Shown here: piece by piece, positions 9,768-19,398 of the stretch | Layout of the letters: each line of letters starts with the position of its first letter | Position numbering within the stretch: the first letter of the stretch is position 1 | From: Sphingobium sp. | Lineage (GTDB): Bacteria > Pseudomonadota > Alphaproteobacteria > Sphingomonadales > Sphingomonadaceae | Direction of reading: 5' to 3' | NCBI GenBank assembly: GCA_044237945.1 | Contig: JBIIEH010000001.1 | Coordinates: forward strand, 116,782-180,781 | Length of the DNA stretch: 64,000 nucleotides | The notes under the pieces: model-generated | Seen by the model: only the letters and a program-made list of their open reading frames with translations | The model's database searches: none | What the model was told of the DNA's origin: nothing | Made by a program: the position numbers and the translations under genes

Positions 9768-9795
9768 GGTTGCGAAGACTTGGCAGCTTGCTGCC

Positions 9796-11325
9796 TTAGT
9801 CGTAGCTGGGAGAGGGGGCTGCAACGCCAGCGCAGCGCGCCTCCCGCAGCGCCGACCGCCGCATCTTGCCCGCCTGATCGCGGATCGGTGCATCGGTAAA
9901 TTCCACCGACCGCGGCCTCTTGTATCCCGCCAGCCGCTCGCCGACCCGGTCCAGGAACGCGTTGCCCTCGGGCGCCGGCGCACCCGGCGCCAGTTCGACG
10001 ATGGCATGCACGCGATTGCCCAGGTCCGCGTCGGGCAGGCCGATGACCGCGCAGCACAGCACTTCGGGCAGCGCCTCCACCGCCGCCTCGATCTCCGCCG
10101 GATAGATGTTGACCCCGCCAACCAGGATCATGTCCGTGCGTCGGTCGGCGATGTACAGATAGCCGTCCGCATCGAGCCAGCCCATGTCGCCGAAACTGTC
10201 GGTATCGCCTGCGATCCGGTCCTGCGACCCGATATAGGCATAGCTGGTGCCGACTCCGCCGGCCTTGCGAAAGCGTATCTCGCCGACCGCGCCCTGCGGC
10301 AGCACCGCGCCGTCCTCCCCCGTGATGACGATCTGCTGCCCCGTCGCGGCGCGGCCCACGCTGCCCGGATGCGCCAGCCATTCCGCGCCGCCGATGGTGG
10401 TGACGCCGATCCGCTCGGTCCCGCCGTACACCTCCCACAGCCGCTCTGCGCCGATCCGCTCGATCCACCAGCGCTTGATCTCGGCCGGGCAGGGCGCCGC
10501 CATGTGCAGCAGCGTCTCGATCGACGACAGGTCGGCGGCGGCGGTCAGTTCCGCCGGCAGCTTGGCGATCCGCGTCATCATCGTCGGCACCATATAGGCA
10601 TAGGTCACCCGGTGCCGCTCGACCATCGCCAGCCAGCCTTGCGGATCGAACCGCTCCATGCAGACGATATGCGTCCCCTGCGCCAGCGCCATGGTCGTCG
10701 TGTTGAACGGCGCCGAATGATAGAGCGGCCCCGGATTGAGCAGCGTCAGCCGCGGCCCGCGCCGGCAACCCTCCTTGTCCGGCCCCCAGACGGAGGGCAG
10801 TGGATCGACGATCAGCTTGGGCCGTCCCGTACTGCCGCCGCTGTTGGCGATCTTGCCCGGCTGCGCGATGGCTGATGGCAGCGGTTCGGTGAAAAGGCCG
10901 GTGTCCAGTGGTATATCGACATCGTGCAGCCTCGCTGGACCAGTGGTCAGCGTGCGCTCGCCAATGACATGCCGCGCTTCCGACAGGTCGAGAATAGTGC
11001 GAAATTCCGCGTCGGTCAGTCGGTCGGAAACGGGGCAGGGCGTCGCGCCGATCTTCCACAGCGCGAAGGCGCAGATCAGATAGTCGGCGCGATTGGGCAT
11101 GGACAGCACGACGCGATCGCCCGGCACGACGCCGTCGGCCAGCAGACGCCGTGCCCATCGGTTGGCGGCGGCGTCGAAAGCTGCGAAGCTCCATGTTCGC
11201 TCGCCGATCGTCATCGCCCGCCGATCCGGCGTCAGTACAGCGTGTGCGGTCAAAGCGAGGCCGAGCGGCGCACCGTTGCGCGGCTGGCCGGTCGCCGGAT
11301 CGATCAGGTCGGCCGGATCGATCAT
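9796..11325 (-). CDS. acyl-CoA synthetase / AMP-dependent ligase
   Basis: AMP-binding signature NSGGSTGRPK. C-terminal ...YKRPRSVEF... typical of ANL ligases. I chose the ATG at 11325 (MIDPADL...), which overlaps the GST stop as ATGA. The longer track ORF start has an Arg/Gly-rich extension. Confidence 0.88.
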   Translation of the reverse strand: MIDPADLIDPATGQPRNGAPLGLALTAHAVLTPDRRAMTIGERTWSFAAFDAAANRWARRLLADGVVPGDRVVLSMPNRADYLICAFALWKIGATPCPVSDRLTDAEFRTILDLSEARHVIGERTLTTGPARLHDVDIPLDTGLFTEPLPSAIAQPGKIANSGGSTGRPKLIVDPLPSVWGPDKEGCRRGPRLTLLNPGPLYHSAPFNTTTMALAQGTHIVCMERFDPQGWLAMVERHRVTYAYMVPTMMTRIAKLPAELTAAADLSSIETLLHMAAPCPAEIKRWWIERIGAERLWEVYGGTERIGVTTIGGAEWLAHPGSVGRAATGQQIVITGEDGAVLPQGAVGEIRFRKAGGVGTSYAYIGSQDRIAGDTDSFGDMGWLDADGYLYIADRRTDMILVGGVNIYPAEIEAAVEALPEVLCCAVIGLPDADLGNRVHAIVELAPGAPAPEGNAFLDRVGERLAGYKRPRSVEFTDAPIRDQAGKMRRSALREARCAGVAAPSPSYD

Positions 11326-11972
11326 CCGCCGGCGCGCAGCGCGATCAGGGGTTCCTCGGTCTCGGTCCAGATCGCGCCCATGTCGGCCTGCGCCCGCGCC
11401 TTGTCGCGATAGCCCGCAAGCGCCGTCCATTCGGCGATCAGGTCCTCCAGGCCGAAGATGCTGGCCGCGACCTCGCACAGCAGCAGGCTGGGCAGCAGGA
11501 TGCAGTCCGCCTTGCTGGGCGCGTCGCCGACCGCGAAGGTCGCGTCCGCGACGAACTGGTTGACCAGCGCCAGCCCGTCGCGCCAGCGTGCAACTTCGGC
11601 CGACACCACGGCCTCGTCACGGGTCGCCGGGTCCATCTGCCCGAACAGCCGCGACAGGCAGGGAGTGACATAGAGTTCGAAGGTGCGGATGATGTTGCGC
11701 ATGCGCGCGCGATCCAGCGGGTCGGCCGGTGTCAGCGCAGGCGCGGGATAGCGTTCATCCAGATAATCGACGATCGTTTCCGACTCCGCGATCGCCGCGC
11801 CCTCGTCGGTGACCAGCACCGGCAGCTTGCCGATCGGGTTGATCGCCAGATACTCCGCCGAGCGCGTGCCGCCACCCGGCGGGGGCAGCAGATCATAGTC
11901 CAGCCCCTTGAACCGCAGCGCCAACCGCACGCGGGCAGCATAGGGCGAAAGCAGAACAGCGTAGAGGATCAT
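11322..11972 (-). CDS. glutathione S-transferase
   Basis: Thioredoxin-like N-domain MILYAVLLSPYAARVRLALRFKGLDYD...INPIGKLPVLV...ESETIVDYL. ATGA overlaps at both ends. Confidence 0.85.
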   Translation of the reverse strand: MILYAVLLSPYAARVRLALRFKGLDYDLLPPPGGGTRSAEYLAINPIGKLPVLVTDEGAAIAESETIVDYLDERYPAPALTPADPLDRARMRNIIRTFELYVTPCLSRLFGQMDPATRDEAVVSAEVARWRDGLALVNQFVADATFAVGDAPSKADCILLPSLLLCEVAASIFGLEDLIAEWTALAGYRDKARAQADMGAIWTETEEPLIALRAGG

Positions 11973-12871
11973 GCCTCGTCTCCTCCCCGATACATCCGCG
12001 CCAACGTCCCGGCGAGCGGGGTGGGTACGAAGCCGTCGCCGAACGGCCAGTCAAGGAAGCCCGCCGCCGCCATCGTCCCGCCATCGACATGCAGCGTCAT
12101 GCCGGACACGAAGGTCGAAAGATCCGACCCCAGGAACAGCACGGCGTCGGCCAGCGCGTCGATCGGCGGCGGCTCCTGCCGGGGAATGTACATCGCCATC
12201 CCCTTGCCCTGCACCTGCGGCGGCAGCTTCGCGAAGCCTTCCGCGAAGCTGGGCGGCATGGCGTTCATATTGCCCTGGCTGAATGTCGTGTCGGGCGCGA
12301 TGCAGCTGACGCGAATCCGGTCCTTGCCCAGTTCGACCGCCATGCATCGGGTAAAGTTGGTTGTCGCCGCCTTCGCCCCGGCATAGACCGAGAAGCTCGC
12401 CGCGCCCCGATGCGCCTCGATCGTCGTGAAGTTGATGATGCTGCCACCCTCTCCAGAACGCTTGATCAGCGGGACGGCCCGCTGCACCGACTGCACGACA
12501 TAGCCATAATTGCGGTGGATATCGCGCGCGATGTCGGCGCGGCTGGCGTCGGACAGGAATTGCCGCTTCGTGCCGCCGGCGACGTTGATCAGGATATCGA
12601 GGCGGGGGAAATCCCGCTCGATCGCGTCATAATAGCTGTCCAGCGCAGCCTCGTCGGTCGCGTCCACGCTCATCGCCGTCACCTTGCGGCCCATGGCGCT
12701 GATCGCTGCTTGGGTCTCGGCCATCGCGGCATCGTCGATATCGCAGATCGCGACGTCCACGCCCGCCGCCGCCAGCGCGCGCGATATGCCGCCGCCGATC
12801 CCGCCGCCCCCGCCCACGACCGCCGCGACCTTGCCGCTCAGATTGGCGCGCCCGTCCAGAAATCCGCTCAT
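11969..12871 (-). CDS. SDR-family oxidoreductase
   Basis: LSGKVAAVVGGGGGIGGGISRALAAAG Rossmann motif and YAGAKAA catalytic motif. ATG at 12871 with GGAGAGG upstream. The track ORF start at 13165 is a non-protein-like extension. Confidence 0.85.
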   Translation of the reverse strand: MSGFLDGRANLSGKVAAVVGGGGGIGGGISRALAAAGVDVAICDIDDAAMAETQAAISAMGRKVTAMSVDATDEAALDSYYDAIERDFPRLDILINVAGGTKRQFLSDASRADIARDIHRNYGYVVQSVQRAVPLIKRSGEGGSIINFTTIEAHRGAASFSVYAGAKAATTNFTRCMAVELGKDRIRVSCIAPDTTFSQGNMNAMPPSFAEGFAKLPPQVQGKGMAMYIPRQEPPPIDALADAVLFLGSDLSTFVSGMTLHVDGGTMAAAGFLDWPFGDGFVPTPLAGTLARMYRGGDEA

Positions 12872-12912
12872 GGCCTCTCCTTCGTCTCTCTCCGCCGATC
12901 GGGTCTGGCAGG

Positions 12913-12924
12913 ATTGCATGCAAT
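12913..12924. promoter_or_regulatory. TTGCATGCAA palindrome, copy 2 (12-bp ATTGCATGCAAT)
   Basis: Perfect palindrome in the 161-bp divergent region between the SDR-GST-ligase operon and the hydrolase-LysR pair. Confidence 0.4.
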
Positions 12925-13032
12925 GCGGCAACAGGAATGGCACAGACATCAGCATGCCGATGATCCCCCGGCCGCACTGGCGCGAAGGCGCCGGCCGGGC
13001 AAGAAACGGGACAGGAAGGAGAGGGGCGGGGC

Positions 13033-13785
13033 ATGGCGCGCTATCTGTTGATCCACGGCGCATGGCATGGCGGCTGGTGCTGGGAAGATGTCGCGCCCAG
13101 GCTCCGCGCGATGGGCCATGTAGTGCTCGCCCCCGACCTGCCGGGCATGGGCGCCGATGCGGCATCCGGCCATGTCGCCACGCTCGACGAATGGGCGATG
13201 TTCGTCGCCGGCATGGCGGCGGGGGCTAAGGAACCGGCAATCCTGGTCGGCCACAGCCGGGGCGGCATCGTCATCAGCCGCGCGGCCGAACTGGCGCCGC
13301 CCGGCGCGATAGCGCAACTCGTCTACCTGACCGCGATCATGGCCCCGCCCGGCGCCACCATGGGCGAAGCCTTCGCCATGGCAGGCGAGGGCCGCGTCGG
13401 CCACGCCGCCGGCTCCATCACCGTGGCGCAGGATGGTCGCACCAGCCTGTGGCACGACCCGCAAACTGCCACGCGCGCCTTCTACGGCGCCTGCCCGCCC
13501 GATCGCGCCGCCGCCGCCTTCGCCCGCCTCTCGCCCGAACCGACATCGATGCGCGACGCGCCCGTGCTGCTGTCGCCGGAGCGCTACGGCGCGGTGCCAC
13601 GCCACTACATCTTCTGCGACCGGGACGAGGCGGTGGTGCCCGAACTCCAGCGCGCCATGGTCGCGGCGCAGCCCTGTCCCACCAGCACGCTCGATACCGA
13701 TCACTCGCCCTTCTACTCGACCCCCGACCAGCTTGCCGCGATGCTGGACGAGATTGGCCGGGAAGGCGCCCCATGGACCGGCTGA
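13033..13785 (+). CDS. alpha/beta hydrolase (esterase-like)
   Basis: LLIHGAWHGGWCW N-terminus, nucleophile elbow GHSRGG, late DRDEAV and DHSPF (Asp/His candidates). AGGAGAGG RBS upstream. Confidence 0.85.
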   Translation: MARYLLIHGAWHGGWCWEDVAPRLRAMGHVVLAPDLPGMGADAASGHVATLDEWAMFVAGMAAGAKEPAILVGHSRGGIVISRAAELAPPGAIAQLVYLTAIMAPPGATMGEAFAMAGEGRVGHAAGSITVAQDGRTSLWHDPQTATRAFYGACPPDRAAAAFARLSPEPTSMRDAPVLLSPERYGAVPRHYIFCDRDEAVVPELQRAMVAAQPCPTSTLDTDHSPFYSTPDQLAAMLDEIGREGAPWTG

Positions 13786-14678
13786 CCGCCATGGAGGCAT
13801 TCGTCGGCGTGGCGGACGCCGGCTCCTTCACCCGCGCGGCCGCCGCGCTGCGCATGTCGACGCCAATGGTGACGCTGCATGTCCAGCGGCTGGAGGAGCA
13901 TCTGGGCGCACGGCTGTTCAACCGCTCCACCCGCCGCGTCGACCTGACGGCGGAGGGGCGGCAATTTCTGGCCTATGCCCGCGCCGCGCTGGAAGCCTAT
14001 GCAACTGCGGAGGAAGCGCTGCGACCGGGCAACGGCATCGCGGGGCGGGTGCGGCTCGATGTGCCCGCTTCCATGGGCCATGCCTTCGTTGTGCCGGCGC
14101 TGGAGGCGTTTCACCACGCCTATCCGCGCATCATCCTGGACCTGACCTTTGGTGACCGGGGGACGGCCTTTCGCGTCGATGGCTTCGATATCGTGATCCG
14201 CACCGGCGATGCCCCGATCAGCGGCTGGAAGATGATCGGCCTGGGCGCGACGCGGATGATCTGCCTGGCGTCGCCCGATTATATCGAGCGATATGGCGCG
14301 CCGACAACGCCGGACGAACTGGATGCACATCACTGCATCGCTTATGCCAGCGTCGATCGGCCCGGCGGCAATCCGTGGACGCTGTATCAGGACGGGCGCA
14401 AGCTGCGGCTGCGACCGAAGGCAGCCTTCACCTTCAACGATGGCGCCGCGATCCTGGCGGCGGCGCGGCAGGGCCTCGGCATCGCGCAAACGCTGGAGAT
14501 GCTGGCGCGTGAGGACATCCAGGCCGGTCGTCTCGTCCCTCTGCTGCCGGACATCGCGTGGCCGCGCCTGTCGGTGGTGCTGATGGGCGCGCGCGACCGG
14601 CTGGCGCTGCCGCATGTCGAGGCGACGTTACGCTTTCTGGTCGAACGGATCGCGTGGAATCTCGATCCGGAAACATGA
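13773..14678 (+). CDS. LysR-family transcriptional regulator
   Basis: MDRLTAMEAFVGVADAGSFTRAAAALRMSTPMVTLHVQRLEEHLGARLFNRSTRRV is a canonical LysR wHTH. It overlaps the hydrolase end by 13 nt. Confidence 0.9.
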   Translation: MDRLTAMEAFVGVADAGSFTRAAAALRMSTPMVTLHVQRLEEHLGARLFNRSTRRVDLTAEGRQFLAYARAALEAYATAEEALRPGNGIAGRVRLDVPASMGHAFVVPALEAFHHAYPRIILDLTFGDRGTAFRVDGFDIVIRTGDAPISGWKMIGLGATRMICLASPDYIERYGAPTTPDELDAHHCIAYASVDRPGGNPWTLYQDGRKLRLRPKAAFTFNDGAAILAAARQGLGIAQTLEMLAREDIQAGRLVPLLPDIAWPRLSVVLMGARDRLALPHVEATLRFLVERIAWNLDPET

Positions 14679-14680
14679 AA

Positions 14681-14704
14681 CGGGGCGGCGCAATGGCCGC
14701 CCCG
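14681..14704. terminator. bidirectional hairpin terminator between convergent LysR and TBDR genes
   Basis: CGGGGCGGC-gcaatg-GCCGCCCCG is a perfect 9-bp GC stem. A T-run (TTTCATGTTT) follows on the minus-strand reading. Confidence 0.6.
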
Positions 14705-14726
14705 CTCCCCCCTTTGGTCGGTCAGG

Positions 14727-17123
14727 TCAGAAATTCAGCCCGATCTCCAGCCCGTAAGTGCGCGGCGGCAGCAGGATCGCGTTGCCGCCCGGCGCCGTGT
14801 AGGTCGGATAGGCGATGTCGAACACATTGTTGACGAAGCCTGCGATGCGCGCCTTCGTCGGGCCGATGCCGATGTTCTGGAGCGTGACGCGCCCGTTCGC
14901 CACGTCCCGTTTGGTTTGCCAGGCGAAATTGCCGTTGGCGACGCGCACTGTGCCGTTGATCCGGCTGGACAGCGAATAGTCGCCATGGAACGCCAGTTCC
15001 GCCTCGCCCAGTCCGACCGGGACGATCCAGTCGCCTGACAGACCCAGCGCATGCTTGGGCGTGTTGGTCATGTAGAAGGTCGCTGCGGGATCAATTGCGG
15101 CAAAGCTCGGCTGCTTCGCTGTCTGATAGGCATAGTTGATGTTGAACGTCAGCCCGCGCGTTGGCATCATCGTGATCTCGGTCTCCACGCCGCGTACCCG
15201 CGTGATGCCCGGTGCGTTGATCGTGTCGGTCACGGCCGGATCATTGGGGTCGGTCTGGATGCCCAGCTGCCGGTTCGAAATCCGGTTCTGGAACGCAGAG
15301 ATATTGACCCGCAGACGGCGGTCCAGGAATTCGCTCTTGAGTCCGACCTCGACCGCCTTGTTTACCTCCGCGCCGAACGGCAGGAAGTTGGGCGAGCGCA
15401 GCGACACGCCGCCGGCGCGATAGGCCTGCGAATATTTGGCGTAGACGTTCACCAGATCGGTAATGTCATAGGCCAAGGTGAAGGCCGGGTCGAAGCGACT
15501 CTCCTTGAACGGGTCCGGGACGATATTGACTGGCGTGCCTCCAGCTATGAAGCGCAGGAACGTCTTCTTGTCGTTGGTGTAGCGCAGGCCGCCGGTGACG
15601 TGCAGCTTGTCCTCGGCGAAGGCCGGCGTCCAGGTCACCTGCGCGAAGCCGGCGAAGCTGTTGGTCTTGGCGGTCTGGCCGGTCGGACCCTGGCCAGGGA
15701 AGGGCAGGGCGTAGGGATTGACCGGATAGGGATCGCTGATCCGCACGTCCGGGCCGGTGCCGGCGCCCAGATACAGGATGCTCATCAGCGACTGGCGGGT
15801 ATCGGTCACCTTCTCATGGAAATAATAGGCGCCCAGCGTATATTCGAACTCGCCGGCCGTGCCGACGAACTGGAATTCCTGACTGAACTGACGCTGCCGC
15901 ATCCGCGCGTCAGGCACGACGCCGGAAAAGCCATAGACCATCGTGCCCGCCGGCAGGCCGAAGCTGCCGCCGTCCACGGGCGTGAAGGCTTCGATCGGCA
16001 GGCCGACCGGAGCGCCGGGAGGGGCGCCGAAGATCGTCGCGAAATCCTGCGCGACAAAGGCTTCGCCCAACTGGCCGCGTCCCGCCGTATCCAGCTTGCG
16101 ATAGCCGGTGATCGATCGGATCGTCAGATTGTCGGAAACGACGAACTCACCCTGTAACGCATGGCCGCGCGACTTGGTGTTGAACGTGTCGAGATAGAGC
16201 GGCAGCGAACTGGTGCGCTCATAGCTGGTGACCGATTCATCGGCGCGCGGCGCATAATATTGGCTGGGCGAACCGGCCGGGTAGGGCGGCTGAACCGGGC
16301 GGTCGAGGACGTAATAATCCGATGTGATCTTCTGCTTGATCCAGTCATAGGCGTAATCGACGGTGATGTCGGACGTCGGTTCCCAGCGCACCGACGCGCG
16401 CCAGCCTTCGGCATCCTGGAAGCCGAAACGCTTCTGCGACGACAGCCGGTCGAGCCGCTCGGCGCCGTTGCGGGTATAGCCGTCGAAATGATTGTTCAGA
16501 TAGTCGAGCTTGATCTTGAAGCCGGCAAACTCCGGCAGATTGAGATGCGCGTCCCCGCGCAGCCGCCCGAAATTGCCGACCTGACCGCGCAGCGATCCGC
16601 CGAACTCGCCGGTCGGCTTTTTGCTGACGATGCGGATCGCGCCGCCTTCGGCATTGCGGCCGAACAACGTGCCCTGCGGTCCGCGCAGCACCTCGATGCG
16701 CTCCGGGTCGGCCAGTTCGATGCCGCTGCCCTGCGATCGGCCGAGATAGATGTCGTCCATGTAGACGGCCGTGCCGGACTCGATCGTGCCTTGGCCCGGA
16801 TCGGTATTCACCACGCCGCGCACGTCGATGATCAGCAGCGTCGGGTCACCGGCAAAGGGCTGGGCAAACAGTCCCGGCGGCGGCGTGGTCTGCAGGTTGG
16901 AGAGGCCGGTAATCCCGCGCTGTTCCAGTTGCTCCGCGCCGATCGCGGTGATGGCGATCGGCACGTCCTGCATGCTTTCGGCGCGCTTCTGCGCGGTGAC
17001 GACGATGTCGGCGATGCCGAAACCACTATTGTCCTGCTGCGCATGGGCGCTGCCGGCAGCGGTCGACGCTGCGATGGCGAGCGCCATGGTCGACACATGC
17101 AGATGGTGGCTAGATACCTTCAT
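14727..17123 (-). CDS. TonB-dependent receptor (TBDR-1)
   Basis: Signal peptide ending AHAQQ, TonB-box-like IVVTAQKR, plug motif VLRGPQGTLFGRNAEGGAIR, C-terminal ...YGLEIGLNF with terminal Phe. Confidence 0.95.
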   Translation of the reverse strand: MKVSSHHLHVSTMALAIAASTAAGSAHAQQDNSGFGIADIVVTAQKRAESMQDVPIAITAIGAEQLEQRGITGLSNLQTTPPPGLFAQPFAGDPTLLIIDVRGVVNTDPGQGTIESGTAVYMDDIYLGRSQGSGIELADPERIEVLRGPQGTLFGRNAEGGAIRIVSKKPTGEFGGSLRGQVGNFGRLRGDAHLNLPEFAGFKIKLDYLNNHFDGYTRNGAERLDRLSSQKRFGFQDAEGWRASVRWEPTSDITVDYAYDWIKQKITSDYYVLDRPVQPPYPAGSPSQYYAPRADESVTSYERTSSLPLYLDTFNTKSRGHALQGEFVVSDNLTIRSITGYRKLDTAGRGQLGEAFVAQDFATIFGAPPGAPVGLPIEAFTPVDGGSFGLPAGTMVYGFSGVVPDARMRQRQFSQEFQFVGTAGEFEYTLGAYYFHEKVTDTRQSLMSILYLGAGTGPDVRISDPYPVNPYALPFPGQGPTGQTAKTNSFAGFAQVTWTPAFAEDKLHVTGGLRYTNDKKTFLRFIAGGTPVNIVPDPFKESRFDPAFTLAYDITDLVNVYAKYSQAYRAGGVSLRSPNFLPFGAEVNKAVEVGLKSEFLDRRLRVNISAFQNRISNRQLGIQTDPNDPAVTDTINAPGITRVRGVETEITMMPTRGLTFNINYAYQTAKQPSFAAIDPAATFYMTNTPKHALGLSGDWIVPVGLGEAELAFHGDYSLSSRINGTVRVANGNFAWQTKRDVANGRVTLQNIGIGPTKARIAGFVNNVFDIAYPTYTAPGGNAILLPPRTYGLEIGLNF

Positions 17124-17210
17124 TCACATCCTCCCTGGATATGCGTTCGGACCCAGTTTTGGGTTCCGCGCGCATCATGAATGAAGTGATTACACCATAA
17201 TAGCGCTAAA

Positions 17211-17220
17211 TTGCATGCAA
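17211..17220. promoter_or_regulatory. TTGCATGCAA palindrome, copy 3 (88 bp upstream of the TBDR-1 start)
   Basis: AAATTGCATGCAACAT is a 16-nt string identical to the copy at 40883-40898. Confidence 0.45.
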
Positions 17221-17281
17221 CATGGATAACGCATCTGTGATGTGCAGACAGCTTCTGGGGACTATGGCGGGGAGGGAGGGC

Positions 17282-18052
17282 CTATTCTCCCTTGAAAACC
17301 GGCTTTCTCTTCTCCCGGAACGCCGCAAGTCCCTCCTCATGATCCTCGGTGCGGCTAGCGATCGGCTGCATGGTCGCCTCCATGTCCAGATACTGGTCGA
17401 AGCTGTTGTTCCAGCTGAGGTCGAACTGCCGCTTGGCCAGCCCCATCGCCACGGTCGGCCCGGTCGCAAAGCTCGTCGCCAGCTCCATTGCCCGGTCCAT
17501 CAGCGCGCCGTCTGCGACCTTCTCCAGCGCCAGCCCCATCTCCACCGCCTCGTCGGCGCGGATGATCCGCCCGGAATAGACCAGCTCCTTCGCCTTCTGC
17601 ACCCCCATCAGCTGCCGCAGATGCCATACCAGCCCGCCATCGGGCGCAAGCGCGATATTGCGGAAGATCGCCGCGAACTTCGCCTTCTCCGCCGCCAGCA
17701 CGATGTCGCACGCCAGCGCATAGGAAAAGCCGACGCCAACGCAGATCCCCGGCACCGCCGCGATCGTCGGCTTCTTCAGGCCATAGATGGCGGCGGCGAT
17801 CCGGTTCAGCGTATGCATCCGGTCCATCGATCCGGTGACCCCGCCGCGTCCCATCCCCCCGACATCCATGCCCGAACAGAAGTCGCCGCCGGCCCCGGTC
17901 AGGATCACCGCCCGTACTTCATGATCCAGCGCGATCTCCTCGAACGCGCCATACATCATCGCGCGCATTTCCTGCGTGATGGCGTTCTTGGTCTGCGGCC
18001 GATCCAGCGTGACGATCGCGATCGGACCCTGCTTTTCCACGGTGATGGTCAT
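17282..18052 (-). CDS. enoyl-CoA hydratase/isomerase (crotonase family)
   Basis: [14 protein letters not shown]...[15 protein letters not shown] is a crotonase oxyanion-hole region. Confidence 0.9.
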   Translation of the reverse strand: MTITVEKQGPIAIVTLDRPQTKNAITQEMRAMMYGAFEEIALDHEVRAVILTGAGGDFCSGMDVGGMGRGGVTGSMDRMHTLNRIAAAIYGLKKPTIAAVPGICVGVGFSYALACDIVLAAEKAKFAAIFRNIALAPDGGLVWHLRQLMGVQKAKELVYSGRIIRADEAVEMGLALEKVADGALMDRAMELATSFATGPTVAMGLAKRQFDLSWNNSFDQYLDMEATMQPIASRTEDHEEGLAAFREKRKPVFKGE

Positions 18053-18211
18053 GGACGTTCCTTACAGCCTGGCAAAAATGGAGCCTCCGCTTTGTTGGGG
18101 CCGGTCCGGGGGGTCAAGCAAGGGGTGAAACATCGGAACCGTGATGGCCTCCCGACTGGCCAAGGGCAGAGCGGGGACCTATTTCCAAAGGCCGGTTTTC
18201 GGGAGATTTTC

Positions 18212-19390
18212 ATGAAGGAAGCGGCCATCGTCGCCACTGCGCGCACGCCCATTGGAAAGGCGCATCGCGGCGCGCTCAACAACATCCACGGCGCATCGCT
18301 GGCGGCGCATTCGATCAGCGCGGCGGTGGCCCGCGCCGGGATCGATCCGGGCGAGATCGACGATGTGTTGCTGGGGTCGGCACGGTGCGAAGGCGCTGTC
18401 GGCTCCAATATCGCACGCCAGGCGGCACTGCGCGCCGGCCTGCCCATCAGCGTGTGCGGCGTGACGCTCGATCGCAAATGCTCCTCTGGCCTTCAGACTA
18501 TCGCCTTCGCGGCGCAGCGCATCCGCAGCGGTGAAGGCGGCGTATATGTCGCCGGTGGCGTCGAAACGGTCAGCCTGGTCGATCCGCACCGCAACACCTT
18601 CCGCAACAAGGACGAGTGGCTGCTGGAGCACAAGCCCGAACTCTACATGGCGATGAACTTGACCGGCGACATTGTCGCGCGCCGCTATGGCGTCAGTCGC
18701 GAGGCGCAGGACACATTCGCCGTGCGCAGCCAGGCCCGCACGGCGCGCGCTCAAGAAAATGGCTGGTTCGATCAGGAGATCGTGCCGATCACGGCGATGA
18801 AGAATGTCGTCGACAAGGCACTGGCCGTGCAGGGGCAGGAAGAGGTCACACTGACACGCGACGAATGCAATCGTCCCGGTACGGAAATCGAAAGCCTCGC
18901 CAAGCTGAAGCCGCTGTTCGAGGGCGGTTCGGTGACCGCCGGCAATTGCAGCCAGTTGTCCGACGGCTCCAGCGTCTGCGTCATCATGGACGCCGACGAT
19001 GCGGCCCGGCGCGGCATCCCGATCCTCGGCCTGTACAAGGGCATGCAGGTTGCCGGCTGCGAGCCGGACGAGATGGGCATCGGCCCGGTCTTCGCCGTGC
19101 CCAAGCTGCTTGGTCGCCTTGGCATGACGGTGGACGATATCGATCTTTGGGAGCTGAACGAAGCCTATGCCAGCCAGGCGCTCTACTGTCGCGACCGGCT
19201 GGGTATCGACCCGGACAAAGTCAATGTCGATGGCGGCGCGATCGCGATCGGCCATCCCTTCGGCATGACCGGATCGCGGATGACGGGCCACGCGCTGATC
19301 GCCGGCAAGCGGCTGGGCGCGAAAAATGCGGTCGTCACCATGTGCATCGGCGGCGGCATGGGGGCCGCCGCCCTGTTCGAGATTGTCTGA
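18212..19390 (+). CDS. acetyl-CoA C-acyltransferase (thiolase)
   Basis: [20 protein letters not shown], nucleophile RKCSSGLQ, C-terminal GHPFGMTG and CIGGGMGAA. The ATG at 18212 is in frame with the over-long track ORF 17222..19390. Confidence 0.92.
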   Translation: MKEAAIVATARTPIGKAHRGALNNIHGASLAAHSISAAVARAGIDPGEIDDVLLGSARCEGAVGSNIARQAALRAGLPISVCGVTLDRKCSSGLQTIAFAAQRIRSGEGGVYVAGGVETVSLVDPHRNTFRNKDEWLLEHKPELYMAMNLTGDIVARRYGVSREAQDTFAVRSQARTARAQENGWFDQEIVPITAMKNVVDKALAVQGQEEVTLTRDECNRPGTEIESLAKLKPLFEGGSVTAGNCSQLSDGSSVCVIMDADDAARRGIPILGLYKGMQVAGCEPDEMGIGPVFAVPKLLGRLGMTVDDIDLWELNEAYASQALYCRDRLGIDPDKVNVDGGAIAIGHPFGMTGSRMTGHALIAGKRLGAKNAVVTMCIGGGMGAAALFEIV

Positions 19391-19398
19391 AAAGCGGG

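Noticed and set aside
17262-17273. CCCTCCCTCCCC (minus-strand reading) as an anti-SD for the TBDR-1 ribosome-binding site GGGAGGA
   Set aside because: It lies immediately after the enoyl-CoA hydratase stop and upstream of the likely TBDR-1 promoter/TTGCATGCAA site, so it may not be on the TBDR-1 transcript. The complementarity is only about 7 nt.
17222-18211. N-terminal 330 codons of track ORF 17222..19390, and similar long N-terminal extensions of ORFs at 4095, 9796..11478, 11969..13165, 13449, 27816..29255, 40886, 44214..45296, 45942..47663, 49001..49921 and 53246..54181
   Set aside because: The extensions overlap neighbouring genes or intergenic DNA, are Arg/Pro-rich, and precede internal Met/GTG/TTG codons that have SD sequences and canonical family N-termini.
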